DNA from: Gemmatimonadota bacterium
GTDB lineage: Bacteria > JAAXHH01
Direction of reading: 5' to 3'
Length of the DNA: 64,000 bases
NCBI GenBank assembly: GCA_009841265.1
Contig: VXMB01000009.1
Span: 229,911-293,910, forward strand
Positions 28,441 to 38,023 of the stretch are shown here, piece by piece; positions within the stretch are counted from its first letter, which is position 1; every line of letters begins with the position of its first letter. The notes under the pieces are model-generated. The model was not told the origin of the DNA and did no database searches. It saw only the letters and a program-made list of their open reading frames with translations. Both the position numbers and the translations under genes were made by a program.

Positions 28441-30650
28441 CAGTTCGACCTGACCAGTTTGTAGTACGTGCTGTCCCGGTCGGCGATCAACTCGTCGTGC
28501 GTGCCCCGTTGTACCGTAATGCCCTGGTCCAGCACGATGATCTCATCGCAGTCCCGCACGGTACTCAGGCGGTGCGCCACGATCAGGCAGGTGACCCCGC
28601 GCCGCCGCAGCGCATCATCGACGTATTCCTCCGTGGCCGCATCGAGGGCGCTGGTGGCCTCGTCCAGGATGAGCACCGTGGGGTTGCCCACCAGCGCGCG
28701 GGCGATTTCCAGCCGTTGGCGCTGGCCGCCGCTGAAGTTCGCCCCTCCTTCTTCGACGAGCGTCGCATAGCCGTGGGGCCTGAGCAGGACTTCGTCGTGA
28801 ATCTGGGCGTCCCGCGTCGCGGCAAAGAGGACTTCGTCCGGGATGGCCGGGTTCCACAGCGTGATATTGTCGCGCAGGGACGCGGAAAAGAGCACGATCT
28901 CCTGGTCCACCATGGAGATGGATTGCCGCAGCACCTCCTCGGGGATCTGATCGCGCAAATGGTCGTCAAACATGATCTCGCCCGACCAGGGCTGGTAGAC
29001 CCCCGATACAAGCCGCGCGAGGGTCGATTTGCCGGATCCGCTTGGACCGACCACGGCGATCCGCTGGCCCGGTTTGATCTCGAGGCTGAAGTCCTTGATC
29101 AGGGGCGGCCGGCTCCGGTTGTAACCGAAGGTGACGTTACGCAGTTCCAGCTGGCCGGCGAGCTGGAGCCGGCCGTTGAACGTGTGTATCGCATCCGATT
29201 CCGGGTTTCTGCGACGAAAGACCGGATCCTCATCGGTTTTGGATATGTCCTCGAGCCGTTGCAGATCGGTTTCGAGGGCCTGGCGGTTTTCGGCGAACTC
29301 CAGGAAGCGCTCGACGGGGGCCAGGAACATCTCCGCCAGGATGAAGAATCCCACCAGCATGCCCAGCGACATTTCTCCCTGCATGACCATCATGCCGCCG
29401 ATGCCCAGGATCGCCGCACTGCGCAGCGCGTCGACCAGTCCCGGCAGCGAGGCGTTGACGGAGCCCAGTTCCGAATACAGCTGTCGTGCGCGCAACTCCC
29501 GGGCCTGTTGCCCGCTCCATCGCGAGAAAAACCGGTCGTCCGCCCCCGTCATCCGCAGATTGTCGGCATGGCTCAGCATCTGCATGCCGAGACCGATCAG
29601 CAACCCCTGCTCCCGCCTCATCGTCTGACTGCGGACGGCTCTGAGGTTGTTGAGAAAACGGGCAAGCACCGCGTGCAGCAGCGCCAGCACGATCACGATC
29701 AGCGTGAGTACGGTGTCGAAGGCGAACATCGCAATGAGGAACACCGCGCTCATGGCCATGTCGATCACGAGCACCAGGAACTGGTCCGCCAGGTTTTTGG
29801 CGATTCGGTCGGTGGACGACACCCGGTCAGTGATGTCGCCGGCCAGCCTGTTTTCAAAGAACTCCACCGGCAGGCGAAGCAGCCGTGACATCCCGTTGCT
29901 GTAGCCGGCTACCGATACACGGACCGCGAGCCGCTTGAGGAACCGGTGCTTGAGGAGAGACAGGACATACACCAGCACGCCTCCGCCCAGCAAGGCGGTT
30001 ACCAATCCGCCCCAGGTCCCGTGCTTAGCCATGACGTCGTCGACGAAAACGCCGAGCGATGCCGGAACGACCAGGGTCAACATCGTCAGCATGAGTCCGC
30101 AGGCCACCACGCCGGTCAGCAGTCGCCATGACCCGGCGATCAGGCCGTTCAGTTGCCTGAACAGGTCGGGTTGCTCGCCGCCGGGCGTAAAGTCCTCGCC
30201 GCGCTTGAAGCGAAGCGCAATGCCGCTGTAGCTCTTCTCGAACTCTTCGGCGGTGACCCTGCGCCGTCCCGTGGAAGGGTCGTTGAGATAGTAGTAGCGG
30301 CTGTCGATTCCTTCGAGGACGAGGAAATGGCTGAACTGCCAGAACAACACCAGCGGAAATTCCAGCATTTTCAGTTGCTCGGCGCGCACGCTGAGGCCGT
30401 TACACTCGAGACCGTAGTGCCGGGAGGCACGCAGGATGCTCGCGGCACTGCTTCCGTCCCGGCTCACCTCGCATTTTTCCCGCAGTTCGGTGAGCGGCAC
30501 CCATCTCCCGAAGTATCCCAGTACGATGCCGAGACAGGCCGCGCCGCACTCCGATGCGTGCATCTGCAGCAGAACGGGCGTGGATATCCGCTGCGCCGAG
30601 TCGTCCGCGGCGTTCTTGTTGCCGGCTTGTTTGGTCGTGCTCACCGTCAT
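28440..30650 (-). CDS. NHLM-type bacteriocin ABC transporter with N-terminal C39 peptidase domain (leader-cleaving exporter)
   Basis: 736 aa; C39 catalytic Cys context QMHASECGAACLGIVLGYFG, TM domain, Walker A GPSGSGKST, LSGGQRQR, ILDEATSALD. Confidence 0.8.
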   Translation of the reverse strand: MTVSTTKQAGNKNAADDSAQRISTPVLLQMHASECGAACLGIVLGYFGRWVPLTELREKCEVSRDGSSAASILRASRHYGLECNGLSVRAEQLKMLEFPLVLFWQFSHFLVLEGIDSRYYYLNDPSTGRRRVTAEEFEKSYSGIALRFKRGEDFTPGGEQPDLFRQLNGLIAGSWRLLTGVVACGLMLTMLTLVVPASLGVFVDDVMAKHGTWGGLVTALLGGGVLVYVLSLLKHRFLKRLAVRVSVAGYSNGMSRLLRLPVEFFENRLAGDITDRVSSTDRIAKNLADQFLVLVIDMAMSAVFLIAMFAFDTVLTLIVIVLALLHAVLARFLNNLRAVRSQTMRREQGLLIGLGMQMLSHADNLRMTGADDRFFSRWSGQQARELRARQLYSELGSVNASLPGLVDALRSAAILGIGGMMVMQGEMSLGMLVGFFILAEMFLAPVERFLEFAENRQALETDLQRLEDISKTDEDPVFRRRNPESDAIHTFNGRLQLAGQLELRNVTFGYNRSRPPLIKDFSLEIKPGQRIAVVGPSGSGKSTLARLVSGVYQPWSGEIMFDDHLRDQIPEEVLRQSISMVDQEIVLFSASLRDNITLWNPAIPDEVLFAATRDAQIHDEVLLRPHGYATLVEEGGANFSGGQRQRLEIARALVGNPTVLILDEATSALDAATEEYVDDALRRRGVTCLIVAHRLSTVRDCDEIIVLDQGITVQRGTHDELIADRDSTYYKLVRSN

Positions 30651-30657
30651 CCTGCGG

Positions 30658-31215
30658 TCACCTCATGAGGAACAGCCCGATCGGAGACTGCCTGCCCAGC
30701 TCGATGACGATCCGGCACTTCATGCCCGCCAGGGATTCCAGATCCCGGTCTTCCGAGAGTGCGGTCTCGAGCGTTATATCGATGCGGTGAACGGATACCG
30801 GCGCCGCGGTCTCAAAGGCGGCCGGCCCGCCCGAGACGGGTTCGGCGGCGATGGCTCTAACCGTTCCGCCGGGTGCGTATGTATCTCCATCCGCCGGCTC
30901 CGGCTCGATCAATACCGGCATCCCGGCCGCGATATCCGGTGCGATTTCACTATTGATCCAGGCGAGGGCCTCTACGGAGATGCCGCCGTCGGGAAGGGTT
31001 TCCCCCTGCTCCACGATGACGCCGTCCACCACGATACTGCGCGCCACGCTGCCGAAGAAAAACCACGCCAGGAGGGCACACAGAAAAACAGCGATCGCGG
31101 CAACCAGCAGCCGTTCCCGCGGCGTGGATATCGTCAGAAGCCGGTCGAGTTGCTCGCGGTCTTCCTTCGCCTCCGCAACGGTTTCATGAAATGAGTTCAG
31201 CAGATTGTTAAACAC
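30658..31215 (-). CDS. HlyD-family secretion adaptor (short NHLM-type)
   Basis: 185 aa; single N-terminal TM helix then periplasmic beta/lipoyl-like segment; position immediately upstream of the two ABC genes. Confidence 0.55.
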   Translation of the reverse strand: MFNNLLNSFHETVAEAKEDREQLDRLLTISTPRERLLVAAIAVFLCALLAWFFFGSVARSIVVDGVIVEQGETLPDGGISVEALAWINSEIAPDIAAGMPVLIEPEPADGDTYAPGGTVRAIAAEPVSGGPAAFETAAPVSVHRIDITLETALSEDRDLESLAGMKCRIVIELGRQSPIGLFLMR

Positions 31216-31428
31216 GGGCGTTTAATGGTCTCCTCATGGTAATTAAGCGGGGTAGTACGCTCACGAGTCGGGCCGGTTTGCATGCTCACGATAGTTAAAT
31301 CCGACCAGTACGATGCATATATTATGATATGTTATATGTTTCAAATCAAGAAATGTCACGCTGTGGACTTCACGGGACGCCGTCGCGGACATCCGGAACA
31401 TGAGCCTTTGATCGGTATCGAGGTTGCC

Positions 31429-32724
31429 CTAAACCGGCGCCTGTCGGCCGGTCCAGCCCAGTCCCTGGGACATCTGTGCGTAACTGGTGAGCGGCACCGC
31501 GCACATCCGGTGCCAGTCGGCTTTGTCGATGACCGGCCGGTTCAGCAGTTCGAGCATCCCATCGAATCTGCCGAGTGCATCGCAATCCACCGCCTCGGGA
31601 TCCATGGCCTTTCGGTGCCGGGGCCAGGCTCGTTCTCGCGCGTGGCGCCAGAACGCGCCGTCGTAAATCGAACCGCAGGCATAGTGCCAGCCGACGAAAA
31701 GGCCGTAGCAGAGCATGTTGTTGATGAGAAACCGGTTGACCGAGGGCGCGTCGCGCCCGAGATGCGCCGCCGGCCGATTGAGGCGCGTCTGGAGCACCAT
31801 CCCGACCTGCAGTTGAGCGGACACGATCGCCGTCGCCTCGAGGGGCTCCATGAAAGCCGCCGCGTTGCCGATGCGGGCCACGGCGCCGTCATAGATCCGG
31901 CGATGGACGAAGTTCGGAAACGGGATGACGGCCCGTTGCTCGAATTCAGCCACGCCGTCGGTCTCCAGGAATGCGTCAAAGTCCGATTCGACTTCCGCAA
32001 GGTCGGATACGTCGCGGTTGAAGATGTACCCGTAAGACGTGTGCACCGTCAACGGAATGACGAATATCCAACCGTGAGGACGGGCAACCGCCCGCGTGTA
32101 GGTATGTTGCCGTACCGGTCCGTTCCGCCCGTCTTCGATGATCGTCGGGCAGCGCCGGATGACGGCGGTATTGGTAGGGATGAAAGAAATGTCGATGTGC
32201 TGATCGGGGTGCAGTTCCTTCGGAAACCCACGGGCATCGAAGACCAGGTCGTAGCGTTCCGACTCCCGGCCCTCGAATTCCACCTGCGCGCCGTCCTCCA
32301 CCCTGGTGATGTCGAGCACTTTCGCGTCGATGTGGCGCGCGCGCGTGCCTTCACGCAGCAGGTCCGCCATCAGGTCGGCGGACAGGTGGTAGGCGTAAGA
32401 CACTTGCTGTGGGGTGAAGTAGTGGGTGAAATCCCGGTCGCGCCGGCCCCATCCCTCGAAGGCGACACCGTACTTGCGTGTGCCCTTCAAACGTTGCTGG
32501 ACGGTCTCATGGGGCAGCCCCGTCAGTTTCTGCAGTTCCTGCACCAGGCTCGGCCAGCTGCCTTCTCCCACCCCGATGACCGGAATGCGCGAGTCATAGA
32601 TGTGGTGCAGCTCGTGGTCGCCGTCGGGGTGAAGACGCGTTACGCTGGCGGCCGCCAGGGATCCTGCGGTCCCCTGCCCGATAACGGCGATCTTCCGTAA
32701 CGATTCCGCGCCCGGCTGGATCAT
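31429..32724 (-). CDS. flavin-dependent halogenase family (tryptophan-halogenase-like) protein
   Basis: 431 aa; FAD motif IAVIGQGTAGSLAA, IGVGEGSWP (cf. GVGEAT), GWIFVIPL (WxWxIP with the second W replaced by F), AAAFMEPLEATAI (cf. FIEPLESTGI). Confidence 0.65.
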   Translation of the reverse strand: MIQPGAESLRKIAVIGQGTAGSLAAASVTRLHPDGDHELHHIYDSRIPVIGVGEGSWPSLVQELQKLTGLPHETVQQRLKGTRKYGVAFEGWGRRDRDFTHYFTPQQVSYAYHLSADLMADLLREGTRARHIDAKVLDITRVEDGAQVEFEGRESERYDLVFDARGFPKELHPDQHIDISFIPTNTAVIRRCPTIIEDGRNGPVRQHTYTRAVARPHGWIFVIPLTVHTSYGYIFNRDVSDLAEVESDFDAFLETDGVAEFEQRAVIPFPNFVHRRIYDGAVARIGNAAAFMEPLEATAIVSAQLQVGMVLQTRLNRPAAHLGRDAPSVNRFLINNMLCYGLFVGWHYACGSIYDGAFWRHARERAWPRHRKAMDPEAVDCDALGRFDGMLELLNRPVIDKADWHRMCAVPLTSYAQMSQGLGWTGRQAPV

Positions 32725-32837
32725 CCCGAGTCCTTTCGCAGGTACGGTTTTTCATTTCAAGTGAAGACGCAAGCGAGGGTCAAAATTATAGTCAAACTGG
32801 ATTCTTCAGATGTCGGAGGTGCCCGGTATTGGGGCCT

Positions 32838-35800
32838 TCACTCTAACTTTAACTTGTCGGAAACCTCTGACAGGATTTTGTTCAACTTCTCAACGGTCTC
32901 CGGGTCCGGTGGCGTCTCGCCGCCTAACTCGATGCGAAAGTTGAATCTAATCCCAGACCCTACGGCGGCATTAAGTATGTCCGGCAACACTTCCGACAGG
33001 TCCTGGATGCCACTGGCTTCCAGTTCGGCTTCGGCGGTCAACTGTCCCGCCGGCTTAGGCCGGTATTGACCATCCTGGTCTTCGCGCACATCCGTTCTGT
33101 CCGGTACCTGGAGTGTCACGTGCTGGGCGCCGCTGATATCGCATGGCCACGGGGCGCCTTCGTCGCTGACTTCGATCCATCTCGCCCGCATACCTTCGTC
33201 TATCGCCGTGCGAATGGTGAACCAGGGCAAATTCATACCCGTCTTATGAGACAGCGTGGTGGCGATGGCCAGCGCATTGGTCTTGCCATCCTTCCACGCG
33301 CCGGGTATCGATTCGGCCATCATTTCATTGACAGGTATCCGTTCGGGGGGTGGTCTGAGCGTCGCCGACGAACCGAGCACACCTGCAGGTACGGACTCGC
33401 ACAGGATCGAAGCTGGTCCGGCGGTCAGCCACAGAGTTCCCTGTTCGATGGCCTGTGTTACGGCAATCTCCACGTCGGAGGGTTCGCACTTCGGGATGTC
33501 CAGGGTATCTTCATATCCATCGCGGGGCACGCTCACGGTGTGGCCGCCTGCAAAATAACCATATACGTCCTGGACGCTGATCTCCGAATCTTTCCACAGT
33601 CCTGGGAGGCTCCCTTTTTTGAGGAGTTCCGGGGCGATTTCCGTCAAGGCTGCGTGTTCGGGCAGCAACACCTCGAGACCCGGGTCCCGGAGGACCGGTT
33701 CGTCGACGGTGGTACGCCAGAACGTCTTGCAGGTCTTGTCGGGGCGCGTTACCCGCGCGACCCAGATGCCGTCCAGTACGCCCTGCAAGACCGTTTCCAG
33801 AATCTCCCTGGACCGCAGCATCTTGGGTAGCTTGGGAAATTGTGCGAAGGCACCTACCAGGTCTTTAATTCGCCGGACGTGTTCGCCTTCGCGCCACAGG
33901 TCGTAGGGACCTCCCGGCAGCAAGGCCTCTGAACTGATGGCGGTCTCCTGGATGCGTGCGCGCGGGTCGGCCTTTATAATCGTGAATAGGGGCTCGTCGG
34001 TTACGACGATCTTGAAGGCTTGGACCACGTTTTCTTCGCCGACGGTCACGACGATGGAGTAGGCCTGCCGGATGGCTTCGGGGATCCGCCGCTTCGCCGC
34101 GGCGGTCTCGGTGGAGAGCATCTGCTCTCGGACCGGATCTATGGACTGATCCTTCAGTTGGCTGCGGACCTCTTCCCAGCCCAGGTATTCCCGGACCCGT
34201 GCCCTGGTCGCGTCCAGGCCGTCCCGCGACGGCACGGCGAGGACGGTGGCATTGCGATACACCCGTGGCCGGTTCGCGGCGGTCGTCTCGTCGAGGAATC
34301 GTCTCGCCTCCGCGCTGGGCTTGCCGGACTCCGAGGCGGCCTCTGGATCAAGCACGGCATAGTGGAAATCGCCGTCGTCGGCAACATCGGCGGGCTTTTC
34401 CGGCAGGTTGTGCACTTTTGCGCCGGCCGCGGAAGCGCCGGCAGTAAGCGCCTTCAGCTTGGCGATGTGCTCGACGATCTGGGATTCCACCTGCGCCGGA
34501 GGTACGCGGTTGTTGCAGGCGTCGTGGTGCATCTGGCGCAGGTTGGGCCGATTGCCCAGCCGCCAAGCTCTGGGCAACTCGCGGGTGCCGTCCCGGTTCG
34601 CTGCTGCGGTGGCCACTTCCGATTCGTCTAGGAACCAGGACAACTCCGTCCACCGATACAGCGCCTTCGCCAGTTCGATCCGGTCGGGACTGGCACCACC
34701 GATCAACACGAACAGTTCCCGCGTCAACGCCTTCTGGCCGATCGGCTGGGAACTCAGGAAGACCACGATGACCGCCTGCTCCATCTCCCGGTGGCGCAGC
34801 CCAGTCGTCTCGGCCTGGATTTCCCGCGCCTTGGCGAGTTCTCCTTCGAGGATCGGCCGCCATTCCTGGTGTCTGCCGGTCTCGGTGTCGACGCTGGCGT
34901 AGTTGGCGAGTTCCCCCGCCGCTTCCGCCAGTCCGTTCTGCTCCGGCTCTTTCAGCAGCACGTTGGGGCCGATGAGCGGGCTCGCGTCCCATCCTTCCGC
35001 GTCGCGCAGGGCGATGGCGAAGGTCCGGAGGATGCCGCGGGTCCGCTGGAACCCGTCGAGCTGCGTCCACCGGGTATAGAAGACCTCGGTAAGGTCCGGG
35101 TGGAAGGGGTAGCTGCCCAGATACCGATCTTCCTCTGCAGCCCGCTCCTTGTGGGTCCGCTCATCGATGGCGGCGATATTGCCCACCACCGAAGTGACGT
35201 GGGGGCGGAAGACGCCGGGGTCCCGGATCGATTCGGGCTTGAAGAAGCGGCGGCGCAGCACCTCGGCCACGTCCTCCTTGCTCACCGGACTTGCGTCTTC
35301 CTCCATCTGGCGGCCGAAGACCTCCGAAACGTCGCGCAGGAGTTCGTTGCCGAAGTCGTCGTGCTTCCTCGGATCGGAAGCGAGTAGCGAAGCTACCATG
35401 GCGCAACGGTCCACCTTGACCACCGCCTGGGTAAGATACTGGAAGAAGCTGACCAGGCTCCCGCGTGCCGTCGGATCGGCTTCGACCCGCGTGCGGATGT
35501 ACATGAGCACTTCATCGAGGAGCACGAGCGTCGAAAGTCCCTCCGCCTGGGGCCTGGCCAGGAGCTCCACCATGAGCGGTTCGGCCGGCGGTGTCTCGCG
35601 TTCCGTATCCCGGCCTTCCGCGTGAATGAGTCTGAGCCCCTCGGCACCCACCAGTTGAAAGGCGAGCACGCTCCAAGGGTGCCGAAGCATCCTGATGGAC
35701 CCGTCGGGCGCGGGCGTCTCGACGCCTTTTTCCAGGTCGATCTTGTCGAAACACAGGGCGGCCACGCGCGCTTTCGGAATTCCGGCTCCGATATGCGCTT

Positions 35801-36158
35801 TGAACTCGTGTACAGCCGGCAGATCGGGCAGCCCGTCCGGTTCGTTTACCAGGTGCCGAAGCGCAATGAGCGTATGCGTCTTCCCGCCGCCGTAGTTAAC
35901 GGCGAGTTTCCTATAGGCTTTATCGCTCTGGCCGCTCAGACGGTGAATCACATCCCTGACCAGTTCCCGGAGGTTGTAAGTGGGATGGGTGAGCGCGAAG
36001 AACTCCGCCGGATCCTCGTAAACCCGGCGCCGCCCCTTCTGCATTACCACGTCGAACAGGTCGGCCGCGAACACGGCCAAAGACAATTCGCCCGTCTTCA
36101 GGTCGTCCCGCAACTGCACGACCTCGTGCCAGGGTTTCCAGGAAGGTTTGGTCGTCAT
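32838..36158 (-). CDS. DUF499-type large P-loop ATPase (BrxC/PglY-related) of a BREX-like/Hma-like defense module
   Basis: 1106 aa; Walker A NYGGGKTHT, Walker B VLLDEVLMY; size and position next to a DUF1156 methylase. Confidence 0.6.
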   Translation of the reverse strand: MTTKPSWKPWHEVVQLRDDLKTGELSLAVFAADLFDVVMQKGRRRVYEDPAEFFALTHPTYNLRELVRDVIHRLSGQSDKAYRKLAVNYGGGKTHTLIALRHLVNEPDGLPDLPAVHEFKAHIGAGIPKARVAALCFDKIDLEKGVETPAPDGSIRMLRHPWSVLAFQLVGAEGLRLIHAEGRDTERETPPAEPLMVELLARPQAEGLSTLVLLDEVLMYIRTRVEADPTARGSLVSFFQYLTQAVVKVDRCAMVASLLASDPRKHDDFGNELLRDVSEVFGRQMEEDASPVSKEDVAEVLRRRFFKPESIRDPGVFRPHVTSVVGNIAAIDERTHKERAAEEDRYLGSYPFHPDLTEVFYTRWTQLDGFQRTRGILRTFAIALRDAEGWDASPLIGPNVLLKEPEQNGLAEAAGELANYASVDTETGRHQEWRPILEGELAKAREIQAETTGLRHREMEQAVIVVFLSSQPIGQKALTRELFVLIGGASPDRIELAKALYRWTELSWFLDESEVATAAANRDGTRELPRAWRLGNRPNLRQMHHDACNNRVPPAQVESQIVEHIAKLKALTAGASAAGAKVHNLPEKPADVADDGDFHYAVLDPEAASESGKPSAEARRFLDETTAANRPRVYRNATVLAVPSRDGLDATRARVREYLGWEEVRSQLKDQSIDPVREQMLSTETAAAKRRIPEAIRQAYSIVVTVGEENVVQAFKIVVTDEPLFTIIKADPRARIQETAISSEALLPGGPYDLWREGEHVRRIKDLVGAFAQFPKLPKMLRSREILETVLQGVLDGIWVARVTRPDKTCKTFWRTTVDEPVLRDPGLEVLLPEHAALTEIAPELLKKGSLPGLWKDSEISVQDVYGYFAGGHTVSVPRDGYEDTLDIPKCEPSDVEIAVTQAIEQGTLWLTAGPASILCESVPAGVLGSSATLRPPPERIPVNEMMAESIPGAWKDGKTNALAIATTLSHKTGMNLPWFTIRTAIDEGMRARWIEVSDEGAPWPCDISGAQHVTLQVPDRTDVREDQDGQYRPKPAGQLTAEAELEASGIQDLSEVLPDILNAAVGSGIRFNFRIELGGETPPDPETVEKLNKILSEVSDKLKLE

Positions 36159-36170
36159 ATCATACCTCGT

Positions 36171-36743
36171 TCATGTATTTCGTATCGCGGCTTCGAGGCG
36201 CTGGGCAAGGTTATCGAAATCCTCGGGACACTTCTGCCGAATTGCGTTAATACGGCGGGATGCCTCTTCTGCCAAAGGCTCTCTACCACCGCCGGGCTTG
36301 TCCGATAAGTTGCGCTGGTCGACAAGTGGCTCGAAGTACTGCTCCTTGACCCGTACTTCGGCTCGTAGAGTGTTCCAATTCCAATTTGCGGGTAATTGCA
36401 AGCCCGCGAGAACCCAAGTCTCAAGCTCTTCCCAGGCGTTTTCGGCCAGGAATACCCGGACATCTCCAAACTTCGCTTCAAACTCGTCGAGTCTCTGGCG
36501 CCGTCCTTCCTCGCCATCGCGGTCGACGCACAGGATGAAGATATCCATCATGCCTCTATAACGAGCTACGATTTCCGAGATTCGCTCCATTTTCAATGCT
36601 TCACCAATGCCGCCAAGCCGCGGGTCCTGGCAAACCAGAATACGTGCTCCTGGCCTACCAAGGGATCGAAGAAGTTGACTGAAGATCGGATTCAGAATGT
36701 ATTGGTCCTTACGGTCGTCTTCCGGTATGATGAGAACTCTCAA
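36171..36743 (-). CDS. small Toprim-like partner protein (DUF4276/RloB-like) of the AAA ATPase
   Basis: ORF 36171..36800 overlaps the upstream gene; a TTG at 36743 overlapping the AAA stop (TTGA) gives LRVLIIPEDDRKDQYILNPIF..., resembling DUF4276 N-termini. Confidence 0.35.
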   Translation of the reverse strand: MRVLIIPEDDRKDQYILNPIFSQLLRSLGRPGARILVCQDPRLGGIGEALKMERISEIVARYRGMMDIFILCVDRDGEEGRRQRLDEFEAKFGDVRVFLAENAWEELETWVLAGLQLPANWNWNTLRAEVRVKEQYFEPLVDQRNLSDKPGGGREPLAEEASRRINAIRQKCPEDFDNLAQRLEAAIRNT

Positions 36744-38023
36744 GAACCATCCTCCGCTGCATTGTAGTCTTCGATGAAGAACAGGGCGTCCTCCATCCAA
36801 CCGGATTCATGAAGCCGTCCCAGCCCCTGATCCTGCCGCAACTCCCGCACATTGGGCAATTCGGCAACCGGGCGAATGATTGCCTCGGAAGTGTCTTGAA
36901 GTCGGCAGACTACCGATGTCTTCTCGAAGGTGTTATCGTTCATTACGGTCAACAATGTTGGCGCATGAGTCGTGGTGAGTACCTGAGTACTGTGCTTCGC
37001 GGTTTGCCTTTCAATCAAATCCATCAATAGATTCAGCCGAGCAGGATGAATGCCGTTGTCGATTTCCTCGAAGAAGTAGAGGCCGGCCGGATTTGTACCG
37101 AGCAATGCGGCCAGCATGGCGAGAAAACGTAACGTACCATCTGAAGCGCCATATGCAGACACTCGCCTGTTGTTCGCCTCTCGAAAGACGAGCTGAACCC
37201 GACCGGATACCTCTTCGATCGGGAACTCGAAATCCCGCACGTCCATTGGAGTCAACTTGCGGGTCCATTCGGCCAAAGTCTCTTTGCGTTTCGGGTCGTC
37301 GCAGATTTCTCGCAACACAGTCGGTAGGTTCTCACCGCCATTGCCCAGTATGGTCTGACCTGGGAAAGCAGCTTGGCGCATTCGATCAGGTACAAGGTCC
37401 AGAAAACGCATGTTTGCAAAAACTTTAATGGTTTTTTCGGCGAGTTCCTTGTGGCTCTTTACGATACGTGGATGTTCTATAAGCTGTGTCAGTGCAGGCT
37501 GATCCGGCCTCACCGAGATTTTGTGACCGAGTCGTTTCTGCGCCCCGGTTTTTTCCATTCGCAGGAGCAAGTGCGTATCATCCCCCTGCCTTCTAACAGG
37601 GTCATCCCGGTCCGGATGACTGGTGTAGATCGTCCGCCAGTATTTCTTCAACACGCGTTTTTTTAGTTCTTCTTTTGTAACCCGGAACATACCAGGTGTT
37701 TTTTTATTGTCACGACTGACTTCGATCAAGTAATCGAAGTCAGTCGATTCGACCTGCAGCGAAAACGCGGATTCGCCAAACTGGATGATTTCATCGGTGC
37801 CACCACGAATCGGTTCCCATTCACGTTGACCGCCGGAGCCATATTTACCACCGATGATTTCCGCCAGCGTATAGGCCCGGCCAATACCGTGCAGGAAACG
37901 GGAGGCGTCTCGGATATTGCTCTTGCCGCTAGCGTTCGCGCCTACTATTACGGTGAACGGGCCAACCCGTAGTGTCTCGTCGGCGAAGTTCTTGAAATTG
38001 ACGAGTCTGAGCGAGGTGATCAT
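36740..38023 (-). CDS. SMC/RecF-like ABC-type AAA ATPase (OLD/PARIS-AriA-like defense ATPase)
   Basis: 427 aa; MITSLRLVNFKNF...VIVGANASGKSNI N-terminus, Walker B/D-loop near the C-terminus (LYFFEEIDNGIHP). Confidence 0.65.
   Translation of the reverse strand: MITSLRLVNFKNFADETLRVGPFTVIVGANASGKSNIRDASRFLHGIGRAYTLAEIIGGKYGSGGQREWEPIRGGTDEIIQFGESAFSLQVESTDFDYLIEVSRDNKKTPGMFRVTKEELKKRVLKKYWRTIYTSHPDRDDPVRRQGDDTHLLLRMEKTGAQKRLGHKISVRPDQPALTQLIEHPRIVKSHKELAEKTIKVFANMRFLDLVPDRMRQAAFPGQTILGNGGENLPTVLREICDDPKRKETLAEWTRKLTPMDVRDFEFPIEEVSGRVQLVFREANNRRVSAYGASDGTLRFLAMLAALLGTNPAGLYFFEEIDNGIHPARLNLLMDLIERQTAKHSTQVLTTTHAPTLLTVMNDNTFEKTSVVCRLQDTSEAIIRPVAELPNVRELRQDQGLGRLHESGWMEDALFFIEDYNAAEDGS

Noticed and set aside
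19760-29888. Large plus-strand ORFs (20957..22393, 21670..23430, 24209..25153, 25465..27030, 28410..29888) opposite the RiPP operon
   Set aside because: They are antisense to well-supported minus-strand genes (YcaO, AlkB-like fusion, ABC transporters), have low-complexity RGD/H-rich translations, and have no motifs.
36744-36800. ATG at 36800 as start of the small Toprim-like gene
   Set aside because: It would overlap the upstream ATPase gene by 60 nt. A TTG at 36743 gives a standard 4-nt stop/start overlap.
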